DNA from: Rhizodiscina lignyota
Lineage: Eukaryota
Direction: 5' to 3'
Length of the DNA stretch: 64,000 nucleotides
Assembly (NCBI GenBank): GCA_010015805.1
Contig: ML978123.1
Coordinates: 1,364,001 to 1,428,000 of the forward strand
Positions 46,655 through 59,421 of this stretch are shown here, piece after piece. The notes beneath the pieces are model-generated. The model had not been told where the DNA came from and did no database searches. It worked only from the letters and a program-made list of their open reading frames with translations. A program made the translations under genes and the position numbers. Position 1 is the stretch's first letter, and each line of letters begins with the position of its first letter.

Positions 46655-49091
46655 ACCAACTTTAATCACCTTGTTTCCCACTTGTCATCACGGTCATAGC
46701 GAAAGCGGCGCACATGGGACTGGTCAAGACGTGCAAAGCACGTCAGTAGATGGGCATCATGATATTTTGGGCGTTGGATGGCGCACAACACACATTGCAC
46801 AGCAAAAATCTCGAGCGTTGCAGAATAGCTTCTTTCTGCATCATACTTCGGAATAGCGAGTATCGGCTGCTGCTGCTTTTTTTGACTTTTTGCAATCTTT
46901 TCTTTGTCCCTGTCGATAGTTGCGGATACGCCTGTACATAGCTTGAACGGCACAAAATAACAAAGGGAATCTGAACATACACTGTGCACAACTTTCTTAC
47001 TTCGGTGATTTTGCCAACAATACCCTCGCCCGAGCCGCCTCAGGCTGTCTGCAGCATCTGGATTCGGCCACCCCCAGTCGAGACCACCTTCCACTTCTCG
47101 TGAATTGTCATGCGACACCTCGCATTCTCGCATCTACGTACCGCCCATCCTCACGCGTTCCTGGGACCTGCATTGGGTCGCCGATCATCCCATGGAACCG
47201 CTGCTGCTGAGATCCCATCTCTGCCGTGCCCCCTTTTTAGCCGCCCCCGGGAACGAAATAAGCATAACCGCTGAATTGGCCAACCAGCGTTGCGTAGTGA
47301 CACAAGCGGCTGAGTTACGTGTACGTTGGCCTCAGTCCCAGTCCTGGTCCTGGTCCTACGATAGTGCATAGTAGTTGAGACTTCGTGTGAGAAGCTTGGT
47401 ATTTGCTGCTTCCTTTGGGGAGAATGCCTCATTTCACCAATTTGGAATGAAGTGAATGAGCCATTGCAGGAGAATTGGGCGATTCAAACGAAATTGGATC
47501 ACAGCTTTCGGGGGATATTTGGAAGATGGGGAATTGAGCATGACGCGGCAGCGAGGATCCACCTCAGCACTTCATGATGGTGATGATGGACATCGCGTCG
47601 AGCCATTGTTGCCCATGTTACATCAGGGGACACAAGCTAGAAGTTCCTGTGCGAGTCAAGGCTAATGTCGAAAAGGACGTTGCGTCTGCGAATTTCTTGC
47701 GGCCTCCATGCAAGCTAGAAGATCTCTAGTATGTATCTGGATCTTCATCGTACTTTATGTACTTTCACCGTTAGCACTATCTTCGCCCTCTTCGCTCTCT
47801 TCCGACGACGCCGAGGCGATACTTATCGTAGAGTGCGACCTCTACGGTCATACAGAACACTGGTCTCCCTTTCCCGATTTCTACTCTTTTATACATAATA
47901 GACAAAGCATCTAAGGAGAGAGCTCTTTCGCCCCACAAGGCTTTCTCACAGGCTTCTGGCTTGTTTTCCAGCTTCCTTTTCTCATCCTCGACGCATAGTT
48001 TGACGATATGACTTCCTCATAGCTTCTTGAAGTTTCTTCACTACCACATGCTTTGCGGGGAGCCGGAGTTACTATTGAGTCTATATCAAGTTGGCCTGCT
48101 TGTTGGGCAGATTTCCACATAGTTTCATGGCATTTGGCACTGCAGCTAACACCGACGGGACAGCCAACAGCCAATGCTCCTTTCCACCATCATCCTCGAT
48201 AAGAAGAGCGCGTATATATCTGCGAGACAGGTGTAGGACGATCCCGCACGACCTGACCAGGGTGAGAAGATAGGGCAAAGATGCACTTTGAAAGCGGAAG
48301 AAGATATAAGGGACCAGCATCGTCTGTACATTTTTGGAGACCATCCTCAAGTCAGCAGGCGAAAGAAACAGCGCATATTGCGGAATGCAGTCGGATTGGA
48401 CCTTTCGAATCGGTCTGGCTGCATCTGTTACCGTCGACCGTGTACGTCTTGTTGTTGCGGCGATGAGGATCTACTTCAGCATCTCGTGATGATGGGCGTC
48501 TGCACTGTGCGTTGTTGGGAATGAAACTGAGCAGCATAGCAATCTCTGAGAATCTGGCATCGGAAACTGAGAGGTTCCGTCTGACCTTGCAATTAGGTCC
48601 TCAGGCACCTCAGTGTCACCACGCCTGCTAGGAGGATCCACAAGTGCCAAGGACATAAGGACCTACCGTATCCTTATATACTACGTTTGCCAGCTTATGT
48701 CGGTGTACTTCGTTACCGAATTGTAACTGTCATTGAAAAGTAATTATGTACTGCCAGAACTACTCAGTTAGGCCGACAAGCCAGCCGAAAGGCGAATGAC
48801 TCTTGCTGGGTTTCTGATGAAGGATGTTCCCGTTCTGAATCCGGCGGCAACTCTGGAACGGTTTGAAGAGGTGGAGACCTCGGTCGAACTTCACGAAATT
48901 AAAGACCGCTGGAGTAACATTCGAGACTTTAGGGTCTGCAATGGTATCTGAGTACCAGACGATGTAATGGTAGGTAACCCATCTTCAAAGCTTCAGTATA
49001 TATGCTCGCGCATACTAAATGTACAAATCATTACCATCAATTCAATTCTATGCCATTGCACGCCATCTATTAGTCCTACAGCGCAGCTGAA

Positions 49092-51182
49092 TTATAACCT
49101 CAAAGTGCCTTCTCTTGCCCTTCCACCAAAGAACCTCCCCAGCCCACCACCTCCACCACCTCCTTCATCACCACTGCTGTTATTATTATCCATCCACCTG
49201 GGCCTCAGATTGTCCAACCAGGCCGGCCGCTCCGTCGTATCAAACGTGTTCCTCACCCTATGCATGAAATCGTCAAAGAACCCTCCCTCTTCTCCATCCT
49301 CACCCACAACCTCATTATCCGCATCAATGAGCCGCTGCCTTTCAACCGGCCGACTCCTCTCGCCCAACGCCCGTCTCGGCGCTGATGAACTCGACGGCGC
49401 GGGTCGATTGCGCTCCAGGCTCCCTCTCCCAGTCGCAGGATTCGGCGATGCATCTCTTGAGAACAATCTGAGCGCTCCAGACGCCGCTCCCGCGGGCCCA
49501 TTAAGCTCGCGCTCAATGAGCGCCTGGCCCTCCCTCCACGAGCCGCTGCCGAACACCGCCCCGCCCTCCTCGTCCTCGTCATCGAGGAAGTAATCCCCGA
49601 ACCCAGTCCACCTCTTCACCTTGCCATACAGCCCAAACAGACCCGCTAAGACGGGCACCAGCACAAACACTGGGAACCAGCTGCTAAACCCCGTGCCCAG
49701 CGGCGTCAAATTAATCAACTTGCCCATGAAGTTGTAGAACACCGTGCCCTCGAACACGCCCCTCTGCACCATCTCCCCGAAGTTATACGCCAACGGAACA
49801 GTGAGTTTCGCAACTTGGCTGGCGTACCAGCATGCGCTCTCAGGATACGTCTGCCGCCGCACGAGCGCGCGGTTGCCCCAGATTTTCACTTCGCTGATGC
49901 TGTACAGCGCCGCGGCGCACATGTAGCACAGCCAGGTGGCCGCGACGAGCTGGTTGCCAAAGTTGATGGAGGGCCGGGACTCGTCACGGTGGTGCACCAC
50001 CGTGAGGTTGATGATCGAGAGTTTACGTAGCGGGGAGGACTTGACGAGTTCAGAGAATATTATGGCTGCGGAGGCGAGGGTTAGGATGGCGCCGAGGAGG
50101 AGGGAGAGCGACGGGAGGAGGTGTGTGTGGATGTAGTAGCGGAGGCGTGGGGTGAGGAGGGTGAAGCGAGAGTTAGTGGATTCTGTGGCTGCGTCTCCGG
50201 CGCGAGATTTGGAGAATGTGAGGGACTTGCTGCTTGCGGAGTCGAGGATTGCTTGGGTTCTGGAGACTCGCTGGACCAGGCTATCCCACTCGTCTACGAA
50301 GCGTGCGCGTTTATGTCGAGCGCGCTTGAGCTTGCGGGTGAGCTCTGCGAGGTAGCGTTCTGTGATGACGTTCGGCACGCTCACTGTGCCCGACGCAACT
50401 CGTGCATTTGGGGGCGCAAGAGACTCTGGCACTCCGGTAGTCTCCGCTAGCTCTTCAATCCATTCCTGGAATTCCTTTGCTGTGCCAGTCTTGCGCTGGC
50501 GCAACTGCAGAACCTGTTGCTCATACTCTTGCAGCTCGTCCATCGCCTCCGTCATCTTTTCATGCACCTTCGGCGCCTGCTCTTGTAGTCTCCTTAATCG
50601 CCCGCTAATACTTGCGTAACGGAAGAGACGTTTTGGAATAGCAACGAGCCCGTGACCCATTAGGTATATTGCCAGTATGAGACCCCACGCATACGCCAAT
50701 GCCATCACCAGAGCCTTCAGCGATAGGAAGTGGAAGCCTGAAGTCAGGAAGAAATATGTCGCGCCCAGTGTGCCGGTCACTAGCACAATGAGCTGGTAAC
50801 GCGCATTCGAGCGCAAAGAGTACAGTAGCCGCGACTTAGGATCGCGATTCCCAGAGTCCGAGTATTCACCCAACAGCGGCAGAATGACCCACGTCAAGCA
50901 AAAGGTCAGCCAGTACGCAATGCGCCAGCTGACCAGCAGCAGTCTTTCTGGCAGCCATATTCCTCGCGCCGCCTCAGTGTCTGTCCCTGTGCTCGAGGCG
51001 AGGTCGATTGGCACGAGTAAGACGATACTCGAAGGGAGCGCGAGGGCGAGGAAGACTGGTACGAGGAGGTATGACGGTGTCGTGCGCAGCGGGAGGTAGT
51101 ATCGAAGAAGCAGGACGACGAGTATCGAAATGGTGAGAAAGGAGAGCGCGAAGAAGACGTCGGAGCCTACTGAAGATGACAT
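49092..51182 (-). CDS. LMBR1-domain multi-pass membrane protein (LMBRD2-like)
   Basis: Intronless 696-aa ORF; LLVPIDLAS, WRIAYWLTFCLTWVILPLLGEYSDSG, GHGLVAIP, KLTVPLAYNF. Confidence 0.88.
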   Translation of the reverse strand: MSSSVGSDVFFALSFLTISILVVLLLRYYLPLRTTPSYLLVPVFLALALPSSIVLLVPIDLASSTGTDTEAARGIWLPERLLLVSWRIAYWLTFCLTWVILPLLGEYSDSGNRDPKSRLLYSLRSNARYQLIVLVTGTLGATYFFLTSGFHFLSLKALVMALAYAWGLILAIYLMGHGLVAIPKRLFRYASISGRLRRLQEQAPKVHEKMTEAMDELQEYEQQVLQLRQRKTGTAKEFQEWIEELAETTGVPESLAPPNARVASGTVSVPNVITERYLAELTRKLKRARHKRARFVDEWDSLVQRVSRTQAILDSASSKSLTFSKSRAGDAATESTNSRFTLLTPRLRYYIHTHLLPSLSLLLGAILTLASAAIIFSELVKSSPLRKLSIINLTVVHHRDESRPSINFGNQLVAATWLCYMCAAALYSISEVKIWGNRALVRRQTYPESACWYASQVAKLTVPLAYNFGEMVQRGVFEGTVFYNFMGKLINLTPLGTGFSSWFPVFVLVPVLAGLFGLYGKVKRWTGFGDYFLDDEDEEGGAVFGSGSWREGQALIERELNGPAGAASGALRLFSRDASPNPATGRGSLERNRPAPSSSSAPRRALGERSRPVERQRLIDADNEVVGEDGEEGGFFDDFMHRVRNTFDTTERPAWLDNLRPRWMDNNNSSGDEGGGGGGGLGRFFGGRAREGTLRL

Positions 51183-51675
51183 TTTTTCGAAGTGAGGTGA
51201 CCGGAAGGGAGCGGACTAGGTTCTCGACGTGGCTATCGCATCGCTAACTGTGAAAAGCAGATTTCAAAGGAAGGACCAAAAATAGAAGTTGCTTCTGTAC
51301 AGGTGCGCTTGGTTGTTTGACAGTTAATGCAGGGCGATTAGAGAAGGAAGCATGTCGTGGTATTAGGAATCGGGCGCGCCAGCCCTGGTCCCTTTCCCCG
51401 GCTTTCTGACGCCATCGACGTGAGAGCAGAGTGGCTCGGTCCGCTAACGGCCTTTGCTCGCGCAACTTCACAGCCATTCCCTTCATATCTCTCCCGCGGG
51501 GCAAGTGCAAGCATTCAAGAATTTGACAAATCAATCCTTCTAGTCGGCTCCTACACCTATATAACACCTATCTCTTCCTCCTGAATCGTTCTTTCTGCTA
51601 CTCACAGCAGAAAACAACACCGGCAAACTGAATTTCCTACGCCAATTCTTCACCCGCGCAACAAGCCCCGCAACC

Positions 51676-52096
51676 ATGGATGCCGCAAAGACCAAAGCCC
51701 AAGGCCTGATCGACGAGAACGGCGTCATGGTCTTCTCGAAGAGCTACTGCCCCTACTGCCGCGCTGCGAAGCAGCTGCTGAGCGACAACGGCGCAAAGTT
51801 CCAGGCCATTGAGCTCGATCAAGTCGGTACGTCGCCCTCTGCTCATGTTGACTAATCTGGGTTGGGGATGAAACAGCCCGGAAACGCGACACGAGTAATT
51901 GTTTTCGAAAGGATATATGCTAATGCAGATTGCCACAGATGATGGAGCCGCTATCCAGGATGCCCTCGAAGAGATGACGAACCAGCGCAGCGTGCCGAAC
52001 ATCTTCATCAACAAGCAGCACATTGGTGGCAACTCGGACCTTCAGTTCAGGAAGAAGCAGATTCCCAAGCTCTTGGAGGAGGCTCACGCTCTCTAA
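51676..52096 (+). CDS. GRX1: Dithiol glutaredoxin (CPYC), 1 intron
   Basis: MDAAKTKAQGLIDENGVMVFSKSYCPYC...ELDQV|DDGAAIQDAL...QRSVPNIFINKQHIGGNSDL; intron about 51827-51938; TATA at about 51558. Confidence 0.93.
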
Positions 52097-53389
52097 ACGC
52101 ATAAAGGAAAGAACATTTCGGATATGAATGAGGACAAAATAGGGCTTGGATATATTGTATCGGTGGGAGACAATCCTTGAGATCATGATATGACATATGG
52201 GACATTGGACAGCTAAGATAGGACTTTCGAGAGCATGACGTATCCTTAGAACTATGCAAAATGGATTGTATGTTTTGGCCTGATAACACTTTGTTCGAAT
52301 TGATGAGTGATAGCCTTTGTGAGTCGGTAACCATGTGAAGAACGAGAACAGCTCGTCTGTGAGGATGACAGGCGCAGAGAAGCTACGCGGTATCGACTTG
52401 AAGGCGGCGACCTTGTTATTGAAAGTAAGCTGATGAAGGTCGATGGTTGAGAATATGAAGCGCAGGACTGCGTGCTGAGCTGCGGTTCGAATATACACGG
52501 AGTCTATTTGAATGGAGTGGTGTTAGTTTCGAAAGTAATATGGCAATGGACTTAGAGAACAGGCTGGGGGCTCCTTCACGCTGAAATAGTGAGACATCGC
52601 TCCCTGACGAATCTGCCTGTTGATGTGGAGTGAGGTGCAGCTCCTGGGTCTTGGGCCATGCATGTGCTCCCGCACCAATCCAGACCAGCTGCTGGGGGTG
52701 CAGATATTCGCAGATTCTGTTACAAATCTCTCCCAACAGTTTCAGGAAAGGGGATATGTCTGTAGAACTTAGTGTTCAGGTTCCCATCCATACACAGTTC
52801 CATTTATATACACGGGCTCCACGTGAATTTTGCGACTTGAGGATTGAACGGATGTGATCACCGCCTTAACACGCTGCGGAGATGGGAGCTTCTTAGGAGG
52901 CCAAGGACCAGAAAACAATTCATAGATGGACAATACTGCAACTTCATTTCAGTACGGAAAGTCCTGTTCAGAACTAGGCGATGTGAGTATGTCGACAAAA
53001 CAGTTCTTGATAGCGAATCCTCAGCCTTCCATAAACAAACGCCCGCAATATGCATCATATTCCTTCATTTGGGTCCCATGAATTTCCTCCAGTGACACAT
53101 TTCCCAGACTTTACTGCTCCCAGTCCATGCATTGTGCATCTTGAATAGTCCCATTCCCTGCTTTGGCGTTGTGTAAAAAGCATTTAAAACTCGCAAAACA
53201 TGATCCCACCATTTGCTGTGCTGTGCTGTGAAGATTGATTTCCCTCTCTCAACAGTTTCCTTCTTCGAGCGCGTCACCATAACGCCTTGGAAGCTAATGT
53301 ACAGCGCTCTTGATCAAGGGGTGTGTGAAGGAGGTCGGAAAAGAACGAAGAATGCTGCGCAAACTTGGAGAGCTGGACGGGCTGGCCAT

Positions 53390-54987
53390 TTAGTCCTTCC
53401 AATCCCACACTTGCTTCAGGAACTTCTCGATGTTGACCTTTTTCGACTTAATCTCCACGATCCAGGGGTGCTCCAGCATGCGCCATGGCGTCGCTCGCCT
53501 GTTCGGGTCTTTCTCTAAGCTACAATCATTGTTAGCTTAACCATTCTCCCCCAATTTGCTATTTGAATATCTTAGCACTTACCAGCACTCGATGAAGTAT
53601 TTCATGTTCTCGCTCCACTTGATGTTGTTCTCCGGCTCGTCCTTCAGCTTCGGAATTGGTTGCCTTACGATGTACGTTAACAGATCGATCAGACCTGCAC
53701 GTGGCTGCATCTCCGTTCCATCTGCCGGGAATGGGAAGCGGTGCTGCGCCACTTCCAGCAGTGTAACACCCAAACTCCACACGTCGGAATTGATAGTGTA
53801 ACTCTGACCAGTGATGCGCTCCGGAGCCATGTAGTAGGATGTACCGATGAAAGTGTTCGCGTCTCCTTTTGTACCAAACTCTCCGCTCACGCCAAAGTCG
53901 CACAGCTTAACCTGGCCATCGCGGCAGAGTAGAATGTTGCTCGGCTTGATGTCTCTGTGGATGATTCGATGGCTGTGGAGGTACGTCAGGCCGTTGAGAA
54001 CGCCCTCGGCGACCTTGCCGAGGACCTTCTCACCGGTGCGGCCACCAAGCTTCTTGACTTCGCGGTAGACAGAGTCGAGGGAACCACCTTCGCAGAACTC
54101 CATGGCAATGGAGATGGTGCCGGTCGAGTCGTCCATGTAGGCGCCGTAGTATCGGCAGATGTGGTCGGAAGCACAATTGCGGTTAAAGGAGAGCTCACGA
54201 ACGATCTGTCGTTTTACGTCGGGGTCGGGGTTTGTCGTGATTATCTGCGAATATTTAGTATTGCTTCCTATTTGCAGGAGTAATGCTCTGTTCGACAAAT
54301 TCATGCTCGTGTAAGGGACGACATGCTTACCTTTAGTGCGAAGACCGTCTTTCCACCCTTGAGGATGCACCTCGTCACAGCACCTCCGGCTCCCTCGCCC
54401 AAGGTTCCCAGCTCCTGAATCTTGCCTTCTTTACTTGCGGCTTTCCAGCCAGCGTCGTCCAAGTCTTCAATGTCCAATGGCCTTCCCTTCTCCAGGCTCA
54501 ACTTCTCCAAGTCTGGTAAGATCTCACTGACACTGTTCTCCCTCTCCATCGCCGTTGAGCCTTCGTTGCTGCCAGCACCTGCAGAATGGATAGATCCAAC
54601 TGCCGACAAGGGGTCATTGGCTCCACGCAGCATAGACGCAAATGCCAAAGAAGAGTACTGTGATGTTGCACTCGTAGCATTGTCTCCCACACTTCCACTC
54701 CGACTGCTGCCATCGCTGCTACCTGGCACAACTGATCCAGTTTGTAACCGCAGGCTGGGCTGGCTTTGAGCTCGCTCATCTGGAGTGGTGTTGCTGCCAG
54801 ATGGAGTTGCTAGGCGCAGTTGAGGCAGTGAAGGACGTTGTAGAGCGGGAACATCGGTGGCACCATTGGTAACAGGCTTAACGCTGGGAGAAACTGGGAT
54901 TGCCAGTCCGAGACGTGGTGTACGCGTGCCGCTATTGCTCCGCGAGCCTGGAATAGGAGGACGAAGAAGGGGTGCTGGAGAAGACAT
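53390..54987 (-). CDS. MKK1: MAP kinase kinase of the cell-wall-integrity pathway, 2 introns
   Basis: [38 protein letters not shown]-terminus [15 protein letters not shown]-terminus [10 protein letters not shown]. Confidence 0.93.
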
Positions 54988-57110
54988 GTTGGAGGGTTGA
55001 GATTGTGGGTTCGTCGAAGGTGGGGGTGAAGAATGGGGATCTGCAGGAGCAGATTGCTTAGGGTCGTCCACGGTGATGGTAATCACGAGCCTAGTTAGAT
55101 CTTCAGGAACGATCAGATGTTGTTTATCGCTCGTTGGTTCGGCGACCGGTCTAGTGTGTCTGGCCAGATTTGGATTTGATTCAGGTGTTGCGTGAGAGGT
55201 TCGCTAAGAAGGGGCCTATGCCACACGGCGTCGTTAGAGGCACCACGAGAGAGGAACCACGAGCCTTTAAACAGGCGGTATGTGCGTTCCCACGAGGCAC
55301 CGAGTCACAGGCAACCCGAGAGAAGCGTCCGCTGCGACTTCCCGCTCCCCTTGTGGTTGTTCCGCTCGAATGGGAGAGGAGCCCAAGGCCCGCCGTGCCA
55401 GAACCGGTGAGAGATTGTGTCTGGAACGTGACGAGCGTTGGGCGACGCCGGACTCGAGATTCTGCGGCCAGCCGTGGAGATAAATGCCTCTTCAGCTAAC
55501 TGTAGGTGGTGTGAGGGCGTGCGTTTGCGGCAGAGCTGAGAAGGCGTGCTGCGGTGTTTCAAGGTGCTGCAAGGCAGTGGTGAGGCCGTCTGCTGCGCAG
55601 GAGGAGGTGCTCCAGCTTTATTTGGCGGGTGAAGGCGAGCAAGATGGGCAGCACGAGCAGCTGAGAATATTGAAATATTGGCGAGGATGTCAGTCAGTGT
55701 TGTCGGGGTCCGTGGCAGCAGGTGAGGGAGGGGGTAGCGGCTGTAGTGTGAAGTGCAAGGAGCTGTGGGCTCGCAGGATCAATGTGGCATAGCCTAGAGA
55801 GCGACTTGGGGCGAAGTCTGTTGGATTCTGCGAATTCCGCCCCAGGTGCCCACAACAGCAGATGCTCGCTCGTGCAAAGTGCAGATGCTCGAAATTCAAG
55901 GGAAAATGTAGTGCAGAGGCTGCCAGGCGGTGCGCTGCAAGCTGTCCTACTGACGGTGTCGAGGGCACGAGGGACGTGGTTCAAGTTTCCTTAAGCGCTC
56001 ACCCCATCTGGCGGCGGCACACCCAGCAGAGCGCTAAGGCAGAGCAGACGTCGGCCGGCAAGCACTTATTTGCCTGCCTGCGCGAGTGCTCGCAACTTCA
56101 CGCGCACCGCAGCCGTCATTGGCCTCTACACGCTCATCCTCCCCTGCCCCGCGAGACTCCTGTGCTGCCACGATATACCCATCTGCGCGCGCCGACATCA
56201 CCGTCAAAGATGTCCCGACACCTTGGCGACAAGACCTTTCGATCGGGAACGCGGCCTTGCAGTGTATGTAAGGCTGACAGCTGTCCCTGACCATGCGGTC
56301 TTGCTTCTCGATGTGATCGAAAGCGACCCAACAGTGGGGGCCGGGAAGGCTCCGAAGCAATGTCATTCTCGCCTTCCATCAGAATCCGTCCAGATTGGGA
56401 CAATAAGCTTCACAAGTGACAAGAGAGCAGCTCCGAGGGGCCAAAAGCGCGAAGAAGATCTCCCTCTGTTCGCCAACGTGTTGTGCCGTGTACTCTCAAT
56501 CCAGCCAGGTGGCTCCATTCTTACAGCTTGCAGCGTCCCGGCTCCGCAACCTGACGATTCTCCGGCCTGCATTGAATCAATTACTGTAGCGATAGTACCT
56601 GTCACGAATTGGACCCTCGGAGGAACAAACGACAGCTAGCCTATGAGAAATTATTTGCGATCTGACTCTTGCGCCCCACTTGGGGAACTTCGAGAAGCTG
56701 TCCGGGTATTGAGTCTTCCGGGATGTGACGTAGTACGTTGATGAATTCTGTCACTGCACGAAGTAAGTTATTGCCCGTCTTGTCCCGTCGTAGCATTCCA
56801 CCGTCGCACACTGATTCTCGTTAGCCGACCCTCTGTTTCATTCAATGAAACTCTTCCGTCCAACCAGAATTGCTCTCCGCGCTGCTTTGTTGGTGTCTCG
56901 AGAATGATCTGCGTGCGGCGCTTGGGGTGGTTCGAAGGATTCGAGCGAGCGGACGTTGATTGGAGCGCAATCTCCCGCAGCCGGAGAAACTGTTTTCGCC
57001 GACTCTACCCCCATTTTCGCTTCTCGTTATCGATAAGAGCGTCCTTAGCCTAGAAAAGTTTCGCTTGTGACAGGAAGAAGATGTTATACATACAACCAAC
57101 TTACTTCAAT

Positions 57111-58694
57111 ATGCAGGAAGACGATTCAGCATTAATCTCTGGCTTTGGTGACTCGGACAGCAGCTCATACGAAGAAAGCAGAAGCAATGGCTCCAGAAAG
57201 AGGCGGAAGCTGTCCCAAGATGAAGTCGACACCTCAAACTCACAGCGCTCGGCCATGTCTACATCCACTGAATCTCGGGTAAAGATGAAGAAAAATGGTC
57301 TCCTCGATCCAATGCAGACTGCAAACACTGTCCAAGAGAAGTCTACCTTTGCAGACTTAGGAGTGTCGCCATGGCTCGTCATGTCTCTCGCGGCGATGGC
57401 CATCAAACGACCCACTGGAATTCAAAAGGGATGTATACCCGAAATATTGAAGGGTCGAGATTGCATAGGCGGAAGCCGTACCGGATCTGGCAAAACGGTT
57501 GCGTTTGCGGTCCCGATATTGCAGAAATGGTCGGAGGACCCGGTTGGGATCTTTGCGGTGGTATTGACTCCCACAAGGTGAGCTATGCCACCCTTTATGG
57601 CCTACTCGGTTCCAATTGGCTCACATGCTTGCAGAGAACTCGCTCTTCAAATCTTTGAACAGTTCAAAGCGATATCCGCCCCGCAGTCCCTGAAACCCAT
57701 CCTAGTCACCGGTGGTGCCGATATGCGAGCTCAGGCACTCGAGCTATCTCGTCGTCCACACGTAGTCATCGCAACTCCTGGCCGACTTGCCGATCACATC
57801 AATGTCTCTGGTGAAGACACAATTTGCGGCCTTCGTCGGGTTCGATTCGTTGTCCTCGACGAAGCCGATCGCCTCCTCGAAGCAGGCCATGGGAGCATGC
57901 TTCCGGACGTTGAAACTTGTCTAGGTGTGCTTCCACCTGCCGCTGAGCGACAGACTTGTCTATTCACGGCCACTGTGACAGACGAAGTTCGTGCGTTGAA
58001 AGAGATGCCGCGCGCTAAGGGAAAGCCTCCGGTCTTCGTGTGCGAGGTCGACACGGATGTCCTGGCTATACCAGCAACACTGAAGCAGATGTATCTGCAG
58101 GTCCCGTTGACACATCGTGAATCCTTTCTACACATCTTACTACTCACCCCGAGAAATTTGGAGAAATCACTCATCATTTTTTGCAATCGGACAGCCACAG
58201 CAACGCTCCTCGAACGAATGCTGAGAATACTGGAGCACCGAGTGACAGCGCTTCATTCTGGGCTCTCGCAGCCGCTTCGGACTGCAAACCTCGCTCGATT
58301 CAGAGCGAAAGCTGCAAGGATATTGGTAGCAACGGACGTCGCGTCCAGAGGCCTCGACATCCCCGAAGTCGACCTCGTCATCAATTACGATGTTCCAAGG
58401 GATCCGGACGATTATATCCATCGCGTCGGTCGTACGGCGCGTGCAGGAAGAAAGGGCGATGCTGTTACCATGGTGGGGCAGAGAGATGTAGAGTTACTGC
58501 TCGCCATCGAAAGTCGAGTTGGGAGAAAGATGGAAGAGTACTATGAAGAGGGTGTCAATATCGAAACCAGGGTACTCAGGGATGGACTGAAGGTCGTAGC
58601 GAAGGCAAAGCGAGAAGCGGAATTGGACATTGACGAGGGTAGAGATGCGGCCGGGAAACGGAAGCTGGGGATGAAGAAGATGGCAAAGTCGTAG
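57111..58694 (+). CDS. DBP8: DEAD-box RNA helicase Dbp8 (18S rRNA maturation), 1 intron
   Basis: [15 protein letters not shown] across the intron (57578-57634), [30 protein letters not shown]. Start may alternatively be 57081. Confidence 0.9.
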
Positions 58695-59032
58695 CAATAA
58701 CTGACGCGGCTCACAAGGCTTGCGAACATGACTTCCGTATTTCCACACCGGCGGAATCGCAAGATCCATTGTTGCATTGTGGCCAGTCTCTACAAATGGT
58801 GGCTACCAAATTAGGAACCACAAGTAGTCGTATATTATGAGGCAACAGCTCCAGTTGTACCGATCACAGGCTCTCCCATGAGCGATGAAGCATGCGCAGA
58901 CGTCCATTGAATCGCTATCGGGGCTAGATCGGTTATATCCCTGACTTCGAGAAGGCCATTCTTGTGCTTGGACCGAGCTTGATCGATGTGTACATACATA
59001 ACAGAAGGTTCGGCATCAAATTTGACGACACA

Positions 59033-59250
59033 GTTTAAACTTCAATAAGCGGAGGAAATAAATCAACAAAATTATCTCAATAACGGGAAGCGAAATAGCA
59101 ACAGCATAAATCTGCAATCTGGCTTTGCCCGAGTTGTAACTGCAGAGGCAGCTTTGGAGTCGTCAATGGCCCAAAGTTCCTTAGAACAGGACGTCACAGA
59201 GGGTAGGAATACCGTACGCGACTGGGTGTCTTATTCGTGTATATAACTTT
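59033..59250 (+). pseudogene. Degenerate dispersed fragment of the 5' end of 28S/LSU rRNA
   Basis: Colinear blocks TCAATAAGCGGAGGAAA, AATCTGGC, CCCGAGTTGTAA, AAGTTCCTT(A)GAACAGGACGTCACAGAGGGT and CCGTACG match the known fungal LSU 5'/D1 region, with many substitutions between them. Confidence 0.85.
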
Positions 59251-59421
59251 TGATTTCTCTAAATGATCAAATTTGACGAGTTTTTCGGCTCTAGATGATA
59301 GTTGCTAACCTCCCTAATCCAGCCCGAACGCCTCGCGGAGCCATTTAATCGCTAGTATCGACCCAAGCATCCTCCGATACCGGACCATCTTTAGAGGGTG
59401 GAGACAGGGCTGTAGAGCTGA

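Noticed and set aside
48780..48845. GCC-GAAA-GGC tetraloop hairpin near CTGATGA
   Set aside because: Order and spacing do not fit a hammerhead core; probably chance.
55090..57080. Several 85-189 aa ORFs between MKK1 and DBP8
   Set aside because: Mostly non-ATG starts, no codon bias or motifs; consistent with a divergent promoter and UTR region.
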